NCBI GenBank assembly: GCA_002269645.1
Contig: NIVC01000024.1
Coordinates: forward strand, 682,001 to 746,000
DNA: 64,000 bases
Direction: 5' to 3'
DNA from: Macrostomum lignano
Taxonomy: Eukaryota
A program made the translations under genes and the position numbers. The notes beneath the pieces are model-generated. The model ran no database searches. It saw only the letters and a program-made list of their open reading frames with translations, and was not told the DNA's origin. Position 1 is the stretch's first letter; each line of letters opens with the position of its first letter. This document shows, in pieces, positions 50,104 to 62,135 of this stretch.

Positions 50104-50174
50104 TTCTGTCTGTCTGGTTGTCTGTCCGTCTGTCTGCCTGTCTGTCTGTCTGTCCGACTGTCTGTCCGTCTGCC

Positions 50175-50209
<35 letters not shown>

Positions 50210-50210
50210 G
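49505..50210. repeat. (GTCT)n microsatellite with GTGTGTAT interruptions
   Basis: Read directly; explains the CLSV/TDRQ ORFs. Confidence 0.98.
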
Positions 50211-51294
50211 TTTGTGCTCTCGCATGTATTCAATTTAAACTAAACTAGTATAACTTTTGTCTTTCATTTCGTCTTCCGTTCATGAATCAGTAGTTTTTCA
50301 TTTGCTGGCCTGATTGGCAGGGCGTTTGCCAGTCCTGGGTGTAGGCAGGCAGGGGGCCAAAGGGTCCCCCTAGAAATCAGAGCCAGATGTGCTGTCCAGA
50401 CTGTGTGTTCTGGTTTTGATGTGTTCAGCATTAGCCACAGAAACAAGAATAACTAGATGGGCCACTCAGCACATTTGCGTGTAAGCTACTTTCAGTTCAG
50501 TAGTAAGTTTAACTGAAGCATTTTAATGTATTTTTAAAGTCAATGCTCATTTATTGGCTCTCCTCCCAGCTTAAACCCTCAAACTCCTCACAGAACCTCT
50601 ACCCCTGCCCCACTACCCAATTTTATTACCTTCCTCGGTACTTTATTACCTGCCTTTATTTTTATAAAATTGCTTCTGTATTCTTCTTTGCTACTGAACT
50701 GAAAGCAGAGAGCTGTTTTGCTAAGTCTTATATGCCAGAGTGGCCCATCTAGTTATCTGTATTCTAGTAAATGTTGTTTTAACTTCGCAGGTTACTGTAA
50801 TTAATATTTGGCCTTATTGTTTTATAACTTGCAAAAGCACTGAGTGTGTATGAATTAATCTGATAATTGCACCAGTGTTTTTTGCTAGTAGTTACTCGTA
50901 TTACTGTAAGTAGCGCGCCGAGTGTATGATTTTTGTGACTGTGTATCAGAGACTGCAGTAGAATATTAATGTCCGCAAGTGCTTTAATTTTTAAATAAAT
51001 AATTCAGCAACATTTCTGTTACCTGATTGCCATCTTGTGTGTAAATTATACATTCTATCTATCATATCCGATGCCATCATAAAATGTACTTCTCTCTGTC
51101 TCAACATTACAAACAGGATGTAATAGTAGCTTTGCTAAAATATAATTATAAATGTCTGCTAGTAAAGTATGTATAGCTCTTTAGCCCTTGAAGTTCTGAG
51201 GTTTGTCTGTCTTATGCAAGTTGTTATTTTTATAAATATAAACTATCGAAATTGTTTTTTTAAAGATTATTTGAATTAGATGGTGCGAATGAGA

Positions 51295-51745
51295 GTTCAG
51301 GAACTTCAGATTGTCCTAATGAGACTTCAGTGGCTTCAGATTGTCCTAATGAGACTTCAGTGGCTTCAGATTGTCCTAATGAGACTTCAGTGGCTTCAGT
51401 TTGTCCTAATGAGACTTCAGTGGCTTCAGTTTGTCCTAATGAGACTTCAGTGGCTTCAGATTGTCCTAATGAGACTTCAGTGGCTTCAGTTTGTCCTAAT
51501 GAGACTTCAGTGGCTTCAGATTGTCCTAATGAGACTTCAGTGGCTTCAGATTGTCCTAATGAGACTTCAGTGGCTTCAGATTGTCCTAATGAGACTTCAG
51601 TGGCTTCAGTTTGTCCTAATGAGACTTCAGTGGCTTCAGATTGTCCTAATGAGACTTCAGTGGCTTCAGATTGTCCTAATGAGAGTCCCAGAACTTCAAG
51701 ATTGTCTTAATGAGAGTTCAGGGGTTTCAGCCTGTCCTGATGAGA
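51295..51745. repeat. 30-bp minisatellite (GAGACTTCAGTGGCTTCAGATTGTCCTAAT)
   Basis: About 13 near-perfect units plus degenerate flanking units. Confidence 0.95.
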
Positions 51746-52344
51746 GTTCAGTCGCTTTCCCAACTGCCGATGCAGCAAGCGATGCACCAAATTGTAATGC
51801 CTCATCAGGAAACCTTATCAGACTCTGATTATCAACAGCATCGCATCAGCAACTTCGGCAGCATCGGCAAGATCGAGGCTTAGAGAAGACATGGACTTCA
51901 GGATTATGGATTCCTATCCGATTTGCCGGGCAGGAATGTAAAAGAAACAGTGAGTTTTTGCCATAGACAACATGTGAATACATTTTAGCACAACGCACAA
52001 ACATTGAATAGTGTAGGCAATTAAAGAGCATGAAATACTTATTGTACCATGACCTTTGTGCTCTATAACAGTTTTTATTCCTGTTACCTTCTGCTCACAA
52101 GTCAGAAAGACTTTCGAACACACATTATTTTAAGAAGCCAGTAAATTCAATCGGTTTTTTCATTTTTTAAATGATGCATACGCATAATTTTATGTATAAA
52201 AGTATGTGTAATAGGAATATAAATATACAGCAACATGAGTTCAAGCTTAACCATAGCAATGTCCGTGCTTAAAAAAATTGAGAGCTTCAGAAATGTTAAG
52301 AGCATGATGAAAAATCACGCTCAGGTGTTCTTACTCCCCTGGTG

Positions 52345-52950
52345 CCACCTGTTGAAGGTGCCGACGACGTCGGGGTGATGACTGAATGCTTGACTGACTA
52401 GCTGAGAATGTCCAGCAGTTGAGGTTTGCCCATTATTGAAGCTTGATAAGAAAAACCTGACATATTTGCAACAGGATGTCCATAGTCACCTGGTGTAATC
52501 TGTTGAAGGTGCCGACGGCGTCGGGGTGATGACTGAATGCTCGAAAGACTAGCTGAGGATGTCCAGCAGTTGAGGTTTGCCCATTATTGAAGCTTGATTA
52601 GAAAAACCTGACATTTGCAACAGGATGTCCATAGTCACCTGGTGTAATCTGTTGAAGGTGCCGACGGCGTCCGGGTGATGGCTGAATGCTTTACTGACTA
52701 GCTGAGGATGTCCAGCAGTTGATTTTTGCCCATTATTGAAGCTTGATTAGAAAAACCTGACATTTGCAACAGGATGTCCATAGTCACCTGGTGTAATCTG
52801 TTGAAGGAGCCGACGGCGTCGGGATGATGACGGAATGCTTGAGAGACTAGCTGAGAATGTCTGGCGGTTGATTCTTGCCCACTGTCGAGGCTTGATCGGC
52901 GAAACTAGAGAAATCCGCATCAGGGTGTCCATAGTCACCTGGTGCCACAG
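52345..52950. repeat. ~149-bp tandem repeat, about 4 copies
   Basis: TGTTGAAGG recurs at 52350, 52501, 52650 and 52799. Confidence 0.9.
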
Positions 52951-54229
52951 CTGTTGAGGGTCCAGAAGCTCCACCTGGGTGAAGGCTAGTGACCAACGAA
53001 GTCAGAGCTGATGCAGACACATGTGGTCGACGCGCTGATGAAATTTGGAGGCTTGGCAAGGCTGCACTGAGGCGCAGTGCTGATTGGCGCACAGGGGTGT
53101 ACTGAATACACTAGCACTTATGGGAAAAATCCGACCTTCTGGCAGAATCATCGAATTTCTCGACGGTCCGGAGGGCTGGTGACTTGATTCATGTTTGAGA
53201 AGGTGCGCAACAAAAATTTGGCCCGTGTTCTCGAATTTCGTGTGCCTGCGTTGCTCCGTTCCGGCGCAGCAAAAAAATTGTCAGGGGGGGGGGGGAATTC
53301 CCCCCCCCCTCTTGGTAGTTCGACGGGCGGAAAAATGGCTTTTCGGTTGTAAAGTTTCCTGTAATTTTCCTATCGCTTGGCATTTTATCTTTTTTAAATT
53401 GACACAACCGCTTGCTTGTACGAACGTATAACTAAGATATGGACTCGTCTACAAAATCTGTGAGACTTGAGCAAACTCATAGCAGGCGCCTCATCAAGCA
53501 AAAAAAGATGCAGTGGCTGAGAGTTCGCATTGATGGAAAAGTATAGAGGTGGCAATGGCTCGCCTTGGATGCGGTGTTCCATTTGAAGGACGTCTATTCG
53601 AGAGGACAGGGGAGGACAGGGGGGAGAGGTTTCGTTCCTTATTTTTACCCTGAAAAAAGTTACAGGAATTTTCATATCCATTCTCTGTCTGCCTCGGTTG
53701 CTTGAGAGCTTGCTCGAAGTTTGAGATAAATATTTATTCATACAAAAGGTTGCTTAGCTCTGGGCATAATTACTCCAACTCAGAGCAGGAGCATTTACTT
53801 GTCCTGGGCATACGGCTTACAATGGGTATCACTTGCTTAGTCTGCGAGCGTAGCGCTGCGGCTCCTCTCCTCTGCATCGAGCTTAACTGTTTGGGTCTGA
53901 CGTCCGGCCCACTCCTGCCTACAAGAATAAGTTGCGAATTGCAGAAACCCAAAAGGCACAAGCAGCTCAATTTTAACTCAGTTTGAGCTGACGCTTGTGC
54001 AGCAGTCAGTGGACAGATTGGTGAGGCGGCAAACCTGCTAATTATTCTTCTTAAGAGTTTTTCTGTCCGCTAATAAATTATTTTCTAAGAAGCTTTATCA
54101 TGGCAACCAACCCACAACATAAAAACTGGCCCCATCCATGCAGTCCATAGCTCAAATAGCAAATGTTAACAAGCCACAAAGCGAACTCCTCTGTTGAGAA
54201 GAAAAATACAAACCCCTACTAGAGCAACC

Positions 54230-54687
54230 ATGCGCTTCGCCTTGCTTCTTCTAGTGCTCGGAGGTGAGTAGTGAAGTGACTTGTTGATCTAGCGTCTTAG
54301 TTTCTATGGAAATTTTACTGTAACAAACCAAATCGTCCTTGCAGCTGTGACGCTCAGCGCCAATGCTTTTAACCTGGACTGCTACAACTGCACATCCTGC
54401 AGCGAGACATTCGATCGCAACAAAAGCAGGGTTTTTAGCGGCTGCAACGCCTGTGCCGTGAGTTAAACCTGTCAGACAGTCAGACATTGCAGAAGTACAA
54501 ATACACTGGCACCGGGACTGTGGACCGCTTCTGCGCCAGCTACTGCAACCCGGGAATCGACCGGTATGGAAACGAAGTCTATTGCTGCAGCACTGACCTC
54601 TGTAACTTCGGTGAGCGACTCGGCAGTCTCTTCTGGCTGCTGCTGTTGCCAGCTGCCGCTGTGGCTGCCATCAGCTCCCGGCTGTGA
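54230..54687 (+). CDS. Ly6/uPAR (three-finger, quiver/sleepless-like) GPI-anchored protein, 113 aa; exons 54230-54263, 54345-54457, 54493-54687
   Basis: Signal peptide MRFALLLLVLG, LDCYNC start, CCSTDLCN end motif and hydrophobic GPI tail; canonical splice sites with matching phases. Missed as a unit by the ORF track. Confidence 0.9.
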
Positions 54688-55144
54688 GCCACCTGCTAGC
54701 AACAGCTGACGATCCTGATGCGATAGCAACTCTATATACGCTAATTTTCAACAGAACTTCAATAAACTATTTTGCCAGCTCCTACAGTATCAACTTCTGT
54801 TTTTTAGTTTGAAATACGAGTAGTTTAGTTTTTAGTTTAGTTTAATTTTAGTTTAAAAAATCCCGATATCATAAAAACTTTCAATTATGATATGATATAT
54901 ATTTTCAAATTCTCTATTATCGTTTTTAAATAATATTTTAAGATTTTTTGATAAATGTAGCCAGCCGATCTGATCTGCCTTATACCTAAATTCCAACTAA
55001 ATCACGATATTCTAATTTCTTTTAAAATTTTGCAGAAATTGTTTGTTGCTAAATTGCTGATACAAGGAGCAAGTCTTCACCAAGTTGAGTAGCATAACCA
55101 TCGCCAAAATTCTGTATGGATTACCCATACAAAAACACACCTGC

Positions 55145-55445
55145 ATGCAGACCTAAAACACACCTATACATCCTGCAGATGTAAAACACACCTATACATC
55201 CTGCAGATGTAAAACACACCTATACATCCTGCAGATGTAAAACACACCTATACATCCTGCAGATCTAAAACACACCTATACATCCTGCAGATCTAAAACA
55301 CACCTATACATCCTGCAGATCTAAAACACACCTACATTTAGATCCTGCAGACCTAAAACACACCTACATTTAGATCCTGCAGACCTAAAACACACCTACA
55401 CGTAGATCCTGAGGACCTAAAACACACCTATCCTGCAGACCTAAA
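55145..55445. repeat. 28-bp minisatellite (AAAACACACCTATACATCCTGCAGATGT)
   Basis: Tandem units read directly. Confidence 0.9.
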
Positions 55446-55811
55446 ACACATCTTTTTAGGTTTTTGAGATCTAAAAAACCACTACTAGGGACTTATTAAG
55501 GGCCCTTTTTGGAGGTGAGGTTGGTTTCAACCCCTCTCGCCTCTGGTTGGCACTCGACGCCAAGCACCGGCAGGCGCGCGGCGCCAAGCGCCGATTTCGT
55601 ACCCCACAGTCGTCCCGATATGTATGCCGCAGGCACCCCGCCGGCGCATGGCGCTAAGCGCCGAAATGTAGGCACCCTGATATGTCCATCCCGCAGGCGC
55701 CCCGATATGTACGCTCCTTGATATGTAGGTATCGATATTTAGCGCCCGGATATTTATTTACCGATATGTAGGCGCCCCGAGCGCGCGATATGGATGCCGC
55801 AAGCCCCTAAA

Positions 55812-56060
55812 AGGATTCCCGCCCCTCCTGGGATTCCCACCCCTCCTGGGATTCCCACCCCTCCTGGGATTCCCACCCCTCCTGGGATTCCCACCCCTCC
55901 TAGGATTCCCGCCCCTCCTGGGATTCCCGCCCCTCCTGGGATTCCCACCCCTCCTAGGGATTCCCGCCCCTCCTGGGATTCCCACCCCTCCTAGGATTCC
56001 CGCCCCTCCTGGGATTCCCACCCCTCCTGGGATTCCCGCCCCTCCTGGGATTCCCACCCC
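55812..56060. repeat. 18-bp minisatellite (CTCCTGGGATTCCCACCC), resuming at 56504-56555 after a LINE insertion
   Basis: The same unit occurs on both sides of 56061-56503. Confidence 0.92.
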
Positions 56061-56503
56061 TTGACTTGACTTGACTTAGCTGCAGGGCTGTCCCGGAGGG
56101 GACACAGCGGGAAGGCGCGGGCGCCCATTCCGCTAATCCCTGAACGGCCGACGCGTCGCTATGGACGGAGGGTTGGCGCCGCCCAGGGAGGTCCCCCAGT
56201 GTCGCCAGCAGCTTATAGTGCTCTCTGGAAAGGAGAGTTCAGCCCTGCGGGTGGCCCGAAGGTAGCGCATGAGCTGATTTTTCGGGTTTGCACGCTTCAG
56301 TAATAGATGTGTGTGGCCCGAGGTAAGTGAGTCTGGCCCGCGTGAAGGCGGGACAGATGCTGACGAAATGCTCAGCAGTTTCGTCACCTGAGTTGCAGAA
56401 ACTACAGGTGGCGTTGGTGGCGTTGCCCTGCAGGTACTGGTGCCTGGAGAAGCAGCCATGACCTGAGAGGGTCATGGTGGCAGCCCGGATGTCTCTGCGC
56501 GAG
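56061..56503 (-). mobile_element. 5'-truncated non-LTR retrotransposon 3' end with an (AAGTC)n tail
   Basis: RRDIRAATMTLSGHGCFSRH...TCSFCNSGDETAEHFVSICPAF (C-x2-C-x8-H-x4-C, typical of the ORF2 C-terminus in I/R1-group LINEs); TTGAC repeats at 56061-56077. Confidence 0.82.
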
Positions 56504-56852
56504 CCCTCCTGGGATTCCCGCCCCTCCTGGGATTCCCAGCCCTCCCAGGATTCGACCAATGTCGTGCGCATAAAAAACGAATATGGTAGTATCTATGGTA
56601 CCAGTAGTATTTGATGTAGCTAGTATCTGTGCCTATAATCTGATGTGCGTAAAAAATGAAATACTGGAAGACTGAAATAGAACCTGCTTTTTGGAATGCC
56701 ATTGTTTTTTTAACTTGTTAGTACTTTTTGCTCATTAAGACAACAGTTCGTGATAAATTTGATATGTCATCTTAGTTATTTAAATAATAAGGGACAAACA
56801 GGTGCAATTGAACCTGTACGATCTGCTCTGTAGTGTGTTTGTTCCCTTCGAA

Positions 56853-57569
56853 TCAGACCAGGCGGAACTTGACCCAGTCGGCGTTCGTCTCGATCTCCGC
56901 CTCCACCTGAGCGTCGGTGAACAGCAGCAGGCGGCAGGCTCTCAGCTTGCTATTGTACAGCACGTGTCTGCAGCTGGCGTCACTCATGCCAGCAGCTGTA
57001 CACTCGATGACGCTATCAATGTTTTTTGCATCTTCGAAGCAATAGTAGGAGTTGTTGTAATTCGCTGGGTCAAAGCGGGTGGCCGTCCAGGTTCGATCAG
57101 CTTGGGGTCCAGTTTTGTTCACGAACTCGCAGATGAATCCATAATTTTTCCGGCATTCTCTTGTAGCGATCTTTCCATCAGGTTTTATTCTTAGACAGAA
57201 TTCTTCATAGTTGTCACTCAGCCCTCTGAGCAGAGTGCTGTCATCCGGAAAGATGCCGTTGCCATTGACCCTCTGCCATCCAGCCGTACTCTTGCCTCTG
57301 TAGTCTGCCAGCTGGCTGAGTCCGATCCACAGGTGGCAACTGCAGGATGAGCTGATGCCGCTGCTACTCAGTGCCAGGATGGAGCTGTGCGAGTTAACGA
57401 GCTCGCCTCCGATCAATGCGCACTGCCGATTGGCTGAGCACCAGCTGTGGCTGTGAGCTGTGCTCACGAACAGGCACAGACCGGCCTGCATGGTGAACGG
57501 TGCGGGACACAGCAGGGCCTGCGACTGCAGCAGCTGGCAGCTCAGCAGCAGCAGCAGCAGCGCAAGCAT
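56853..57569 (-). CDS. Secreted C-type lectin + PAN/apple-like protein, paralogue 2 (238 aa from MLALLLL)
   Basis: Homologous to 36507-37265; start placed at the ATG preceding the signal peptide. Confidence 0.88.
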   Translation of the reverse strand: MLALLLLLLSCQLLQSQALLCPAPFTMQAGLCLFVSTAHSHSWCSANRQCALIGGELVNSHSSILALSSSGISSSCSCHLWIGLSQLADYRGKSTAGWQRVNGNGIFPDDSTLLRGLSDNYEEFCLRIKPDGKIATRECRKNYGFICEFVNKTGPQADRTWTATRFDPANYNNSYYCFEDAKNIDSVIECTAAGMSDASCRHVLYNSKLRACRLLLFTDAQVEAEIETNADWVKFRLV

Positions 57570-59113
57570 CGGGCGATGCTCTCTGAACCTAAAAAGCATA
57601 AATTTCGGGCCACGAAGATTCGCAGGGATGCTCATTATTTCTACATGATTTAACGGCGATAATGAGGAAGCCAAAACGCATTCAAACAGATGCCGATTGC
57701 ATTCTTGCCTTTTGGCTGTTCGGTTCTCCGTCAAGAGTTTGATTCCGCCTGTCGTGGTAGCCTTCTGCTGTTGGGTGCCTCTGATTGTGTCTCTCTCTTC
57801 TCTCTCCCAGTTTCTTCATTTTGCAAACGTCGATTTTGAGGAATATATTTTATTTCCACATTTGGGTAGAAACACGCCACATCCACGGTTTATTGACAGT
57901 CGTGAGCTGGCAGGAGTTGCATTTGCTGTGTCAATAATCCGCTGTGGAAGGGTTTGCCTTTGTTTGGCCACCTAATGCATCTGAGCCTCAACTGGGTTGG
58001 TTTGAAGACATCAATTAGGAATATCCCTTTCTTGACTTTCTTGTCCAGCTGTTCTTTCGCTATTGTGCCGGGCACTCTTGCAGTGCGAGCGCACCCCGTC
58101 CTCTGGTGCGGCTGAGTCATCCTTATGCCCCGGCCGTTCCACCTTCCTTTGATAATTATGTGAATCGCCAATACATGTGTTGCGAGGTGTGCCTCAGCCA
58201 GTTAGCTTAAGCTCCCTTTTTCTGCCATGTCGTTCAACGCCACCTTAATTAGTACCTTGCTTGCTGTGCGATGATTGGCCAGGCAATTCCTTGCAATGAT
58301 TTTTTTACTCTGCGCTGTGCTGTGATTGGCTGGTGGGTGCCTGAGCCACCCAAGTTGGGGTTGGGGCTGGTTTAATCCGGTTGGTTGGGGTGGGGCTCTG
58401 AGCCTGCCCTTCCCCTTGCGTTCCGTGGCAAGGGGGAATCTTTAAGCCCAGTGTCGCTTGTCCCACCCTCCGCGGGCCCCGCCGTGTTTGAGAGATTGTT
58501 CCATTCGTAGTGCGCGTCTGAGGGTGCGTCCCAGACTCCCGAGATATTGTTAGCACTTTACTGTACTGTACTCTGCAATGACCCACTCCACTGCCTATAG
58601 GCCGGGAATTCTGGGATATGACAATCGCAACTGAGCGTCTCTTAAATCTGTGGATGGATTGCGGAACCTTCCTTTCTAATCTCTCTCAATCTCGATGCAG
58701 TAAATCAAGCATTATTGGCGATTCCGACTTACGAGTATAGTCGTGCATGCAACCCCGTCTCCACCTCTTCAATGTCAATACTGCCGCTTGAACAAATATT
58801 TGCGATGCTTTTAAAATGCGTTTAAACTTGGGAGTTTGCTGGTTTGCCTTGGACGCGCTTTCTCTCTGAGTTGTCTTCCTTACCTGCTAAACTGCAACAC
58901 CAATTACCGCAGCATTATGCGTTCGAGCCAAATCTATAAACTAGCTCCTGACTACGAAGAAAGCAAGTCTGAGCGACTTACAAATTTTATTTCTAGGCTA
59001 AGAATTTTGTCCCTAACAAAATAAAATTGGAGTTAGAAACTTTAGCGTAACTTTTCTTTCAATTGAAATCAGACTTTAAGAAATAGTCTTTTAGAAAAAT
59101 CTTTTCGTTCGAA

Positions 59114-59789
59114 TCAGACCAGGCGGAACTTGACCCAGTCGGCGTTCGTCTCGATCTCCGCCTCCACCTGAGCGTCGGTGAACAGCAGCAGGCGGCAGAC
59201 TCTCAGCTTGCTGTTGTACAGCACGTGTCTGCAGCTGGCGTCACTTATGCCAGCAGCTGTACACTCGATGGCACTTCTCACATTCGGCCGCCTTCCGGTC
59301 GCCGGTACTGGGTTTCGAGTTTGTCAGAATCCCGAACTCGCAGATGAAGCCGAGCTGACAGCCGCAGTCCCTGTCGGATAGCTTTCTGTCGGGTTTCTAC
59401 CGAAGGCAGTATTCAATTGGCTCGCCAAGCTGACTGAAGAGAGTGCTGTCCTCGGGAAATACCCTGCTGCTGACTGAAGAGAGTGCTGTCCTCGGGAAAT
59501 ACTCTGCTGCCGTTGACCCTCTGCCAGCCGGCCCTGCTGCAGCCTCTCATCAGCCAGGTCGCTCACTCCGATCCACAGGTCGCAGCCGCAGTCCGCAGTT
59601 GAAATTTCTCCGTCAACAATCAAATTCGCTTGATCGAGTCGCACGATTGCTGCTTAAATGAGTACCAGTCGCTTGTCTGAGCAGTGCTCAGAAACAGGTG
59701 CACTTTCCGGCCTAGAGTCGGATGGGACCTGGGCACATCAGAGGTAGCAGAAGCAACAGCAGAATCGTGTACAATGATTTAGCGGCCAT
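59114..59789 (-). pseudogene. C-type lectin + PAN paralogue 3, disrupted
   Basis: 3' end nearly identical to paralogue 2; the 5' part has a stop, frameshifts and an internal duplication at ~59433-59502. Confidence 0.8.
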
Positions 59790-59994
59790 CGGGTGCACAC
59801 AAAACCTAAGCATAAAGACCGCGAATTAGTCTCATTAATATGCGATCCTGTTTTTGCATGTCTTTGGCCCGTTCGTGTGCAACTTAAACTGTACAATGTG
59901 TGCCCCTCTTATGACTCTACCGATTCATCCCAACCGACCCCCTGCTTCCCTTCTCGTATCTCTCCTTTTCCCCCTCATTATTTATTATTCTTAT

Positions 59995-60408
59995 TGCTGC
60001 GATGTCAAGGCTTACTGGGGGGGGGAATCGCTGCGATGTCAAGGCTTACTGGGGGGGGGAATCGCTGCGATGTCAAGGCTTACTGGGGGGGGGGGAATCG
60101 CTGCGATGTCAAGGCTTACTGGGGGGAATCGCTGCGATGTCAAGGCTTACTGGGGGGGGGGGAATCGCTGCGATGTCAAGGCTTACTGGGGGGGAATCGC
60201 TGCGATGTCAAGGCTTACTGGGGGGGGGAATCGCTGCGATGTCAAGGCTTACTGGGGGGGGGGGGGAATCGCTGCGATGTCAAGGCTTACTGGGGGGGGA
60301 ATCGCTGCGATGTCAAGGCTTACTGGGGGGGGGGAATCGCTGCGATGTCAAGGCTTACTGGGGGGGGGGGGGAATCGCTGCGATGTCAAGGCTTACTGGG
60401 GGGGGGGA
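59995..60408. repeat. Minisatellite AATCGCTGCGATGTCAAGGCTTACT plus a variable G run (~12 units)
   Basis: Read directly. Confidence 0.93.
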
Positions 60409-60899
60409 GAATTGTTAAGCTATCAAGGCTGAAATGTCAGAAGCTACATGTATAGTTTATTCAGAAAAATTTATTTTATTCTTTGAACTATTTTACTCGA
60501 ATAGGGTGATTTACTAAACGGAAAAAGAAATGATTTTAAGAAAATATGTTTTCTTTTTACAGGATTTTCATAAATAATTTCCGTCACTTGTTATTGGCCT
60601 CTCCGAAGGGGGCACTAAGATTTCTAGATCTCCTTATCTCTACTATCGTCTCTCTCCATTCTTCTCTCTCACTGTCTCCCTCTTACCCCCATCATCTCTA
60701 ATCTTTGACTCTTGGCTGACTTACTGAATGATAACAACCAGGATCTCGAAAAAATCTAGAAAATCTGTTTCCACGGCTTGGGAGGCTGTAAAAATCGCTT
60801 TGCTTTAAATTAGGAATCTGCAAACTCCGACCTGCACGTGCGGCTCGCGAAACCTCTCAATCCGGCCATCGCGGGTCCTTTGAAACTTGAAACAGCAAC

Positions 60900-61150
60900 C
60901 CGGCCCGCTCAAGGCTTGCGTCTCTTCTCAGCACTCTTCTCTCTCGTCTCTCCCCTCTTTTCTCCTTCTCTCTTCTCTCCCTTCTCGTCTCTTCATCTCT
61001 TCTCCCCTCTTTTTCCCCCCTTCTCCTCTCTCCTTCTCCTCTCTCCCCTTCTCTCCCGCTTCTCCTCTCTTGCCTTCTCTTCTCTTCCCTTTTCTCCACT
61101 CCCCTCTCCCCTTCTCTTATCTTCTCTCTTCTCTACTTTCTTCTCTCGTG
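60900..61150. repeat. CT-rich low-complexity tract
   Basis: Polypyrimidine composition. Confidence 0.85.
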
Positions 61151-61654
61151 TTTTATCTTCTCTCATCTGGCCAGCAGCAATGAGCTGGATTTTTTATTTG
61201 GCCGTAGAGGTAAAAAAAGTTTGTCAACTCCTGCTTTTAAACAATAATTTTTAATTTAAAATAACCGCGCGCTGTATTTACGAAGTTCGCACGCCTGCCG
61301 CCAATCTGACGTGTTAGCGCGTATCTTCGCTTTCTTCGATTCCAAAACTGCGTGAACTCGACTTTGGGTGCCGGTTAACGAAGCTCTCACATGAAGCTGC
61401 TCTCGTAGCATTAAACCTGCTATATCGCGCTTTTATTTGCAACTTCATGCATTGGCGACAAACGTGTCACATTTCCTATCAGTGGTGTCTCAGCTTCTCA
61501 GCACCTGGCTCAGCAGAAGCGTCAGGGGTCTGTTGATGCTGACGGAGAAGTCAAACTGTCTGAGGTCGATTTTGATTTACGATCGCCCTACCTGTCACTT
61601 TGTCTTGTCGCTTGCCCCAGTCTGTTTTTTCTTCCATTTTCTTAATTTTCGGCA

Positions 61655-61742
61655 ACCGCCCTGATGTCCCAGCTCAACCGCAGGGACATCAGGGCTGTGA
61701 CCATGGCCCTCTCGGGTCATGGCTGTTTTGCCAGGCATCGTA
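61655..61742 (+). mobile_element. Short diverged fragment of the same LINE family as 56061-56503
   Basis: Encodes RRDIRAVTMALSGHGCFARH, versus RRDIRAATMTLSGHGCFSRH in the other copy. Confidence 0.7.
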
Positions 61743-62135
61743 CAGGAATGTACATAGGCATGTGTACATGGCGTGTAACTAGACATGTACATATACACTT
61801 TTTGTGCCTTGGGAGTTGGCCCTCTTGAATAAAAATCTCGCGACACAATCACGGTCGATTGAGCCATCAATACATCTACATGCATTGCGCAAGAGTCTAC
61901 TGAGCAAAAATGATTCATTTAAATGATATTGACTAAAGACTTTCAAATTCTGCTTTTTGAGATGCCATTGTTTATTAAACTTGTGGGTGGGGTATTTTGC
62001 TCATTTAAAAAGCAGCTCTTAGTTCTTGGTTTTTGATAAATTTGATATTTTATCTTAGTTATTCAAACGAACAGGGACATAGGGAGTACAATTGAGCCAC
62101 GATCTGCTCTTTAGTGCGTTTTTATTCCTTTCGAA

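Noticed and set aside
49446-50248. CLSV/TDRQ ORFs
   Set aside because: (GTCT)n microsatellite.
53702-53986. MGITCLVCERS.. as a possible second Ly6 gene
   Set aside because: No signal peptide, CCxxxxCN motif or splice pattern was found.
56853-57734. Longer ORF-track starts for lectin paralogues 2 and 4 (57734, 62942)
   Set aside because: The extensions precede a clear signal peptide; the starts at 57569 and 62852 fit better.
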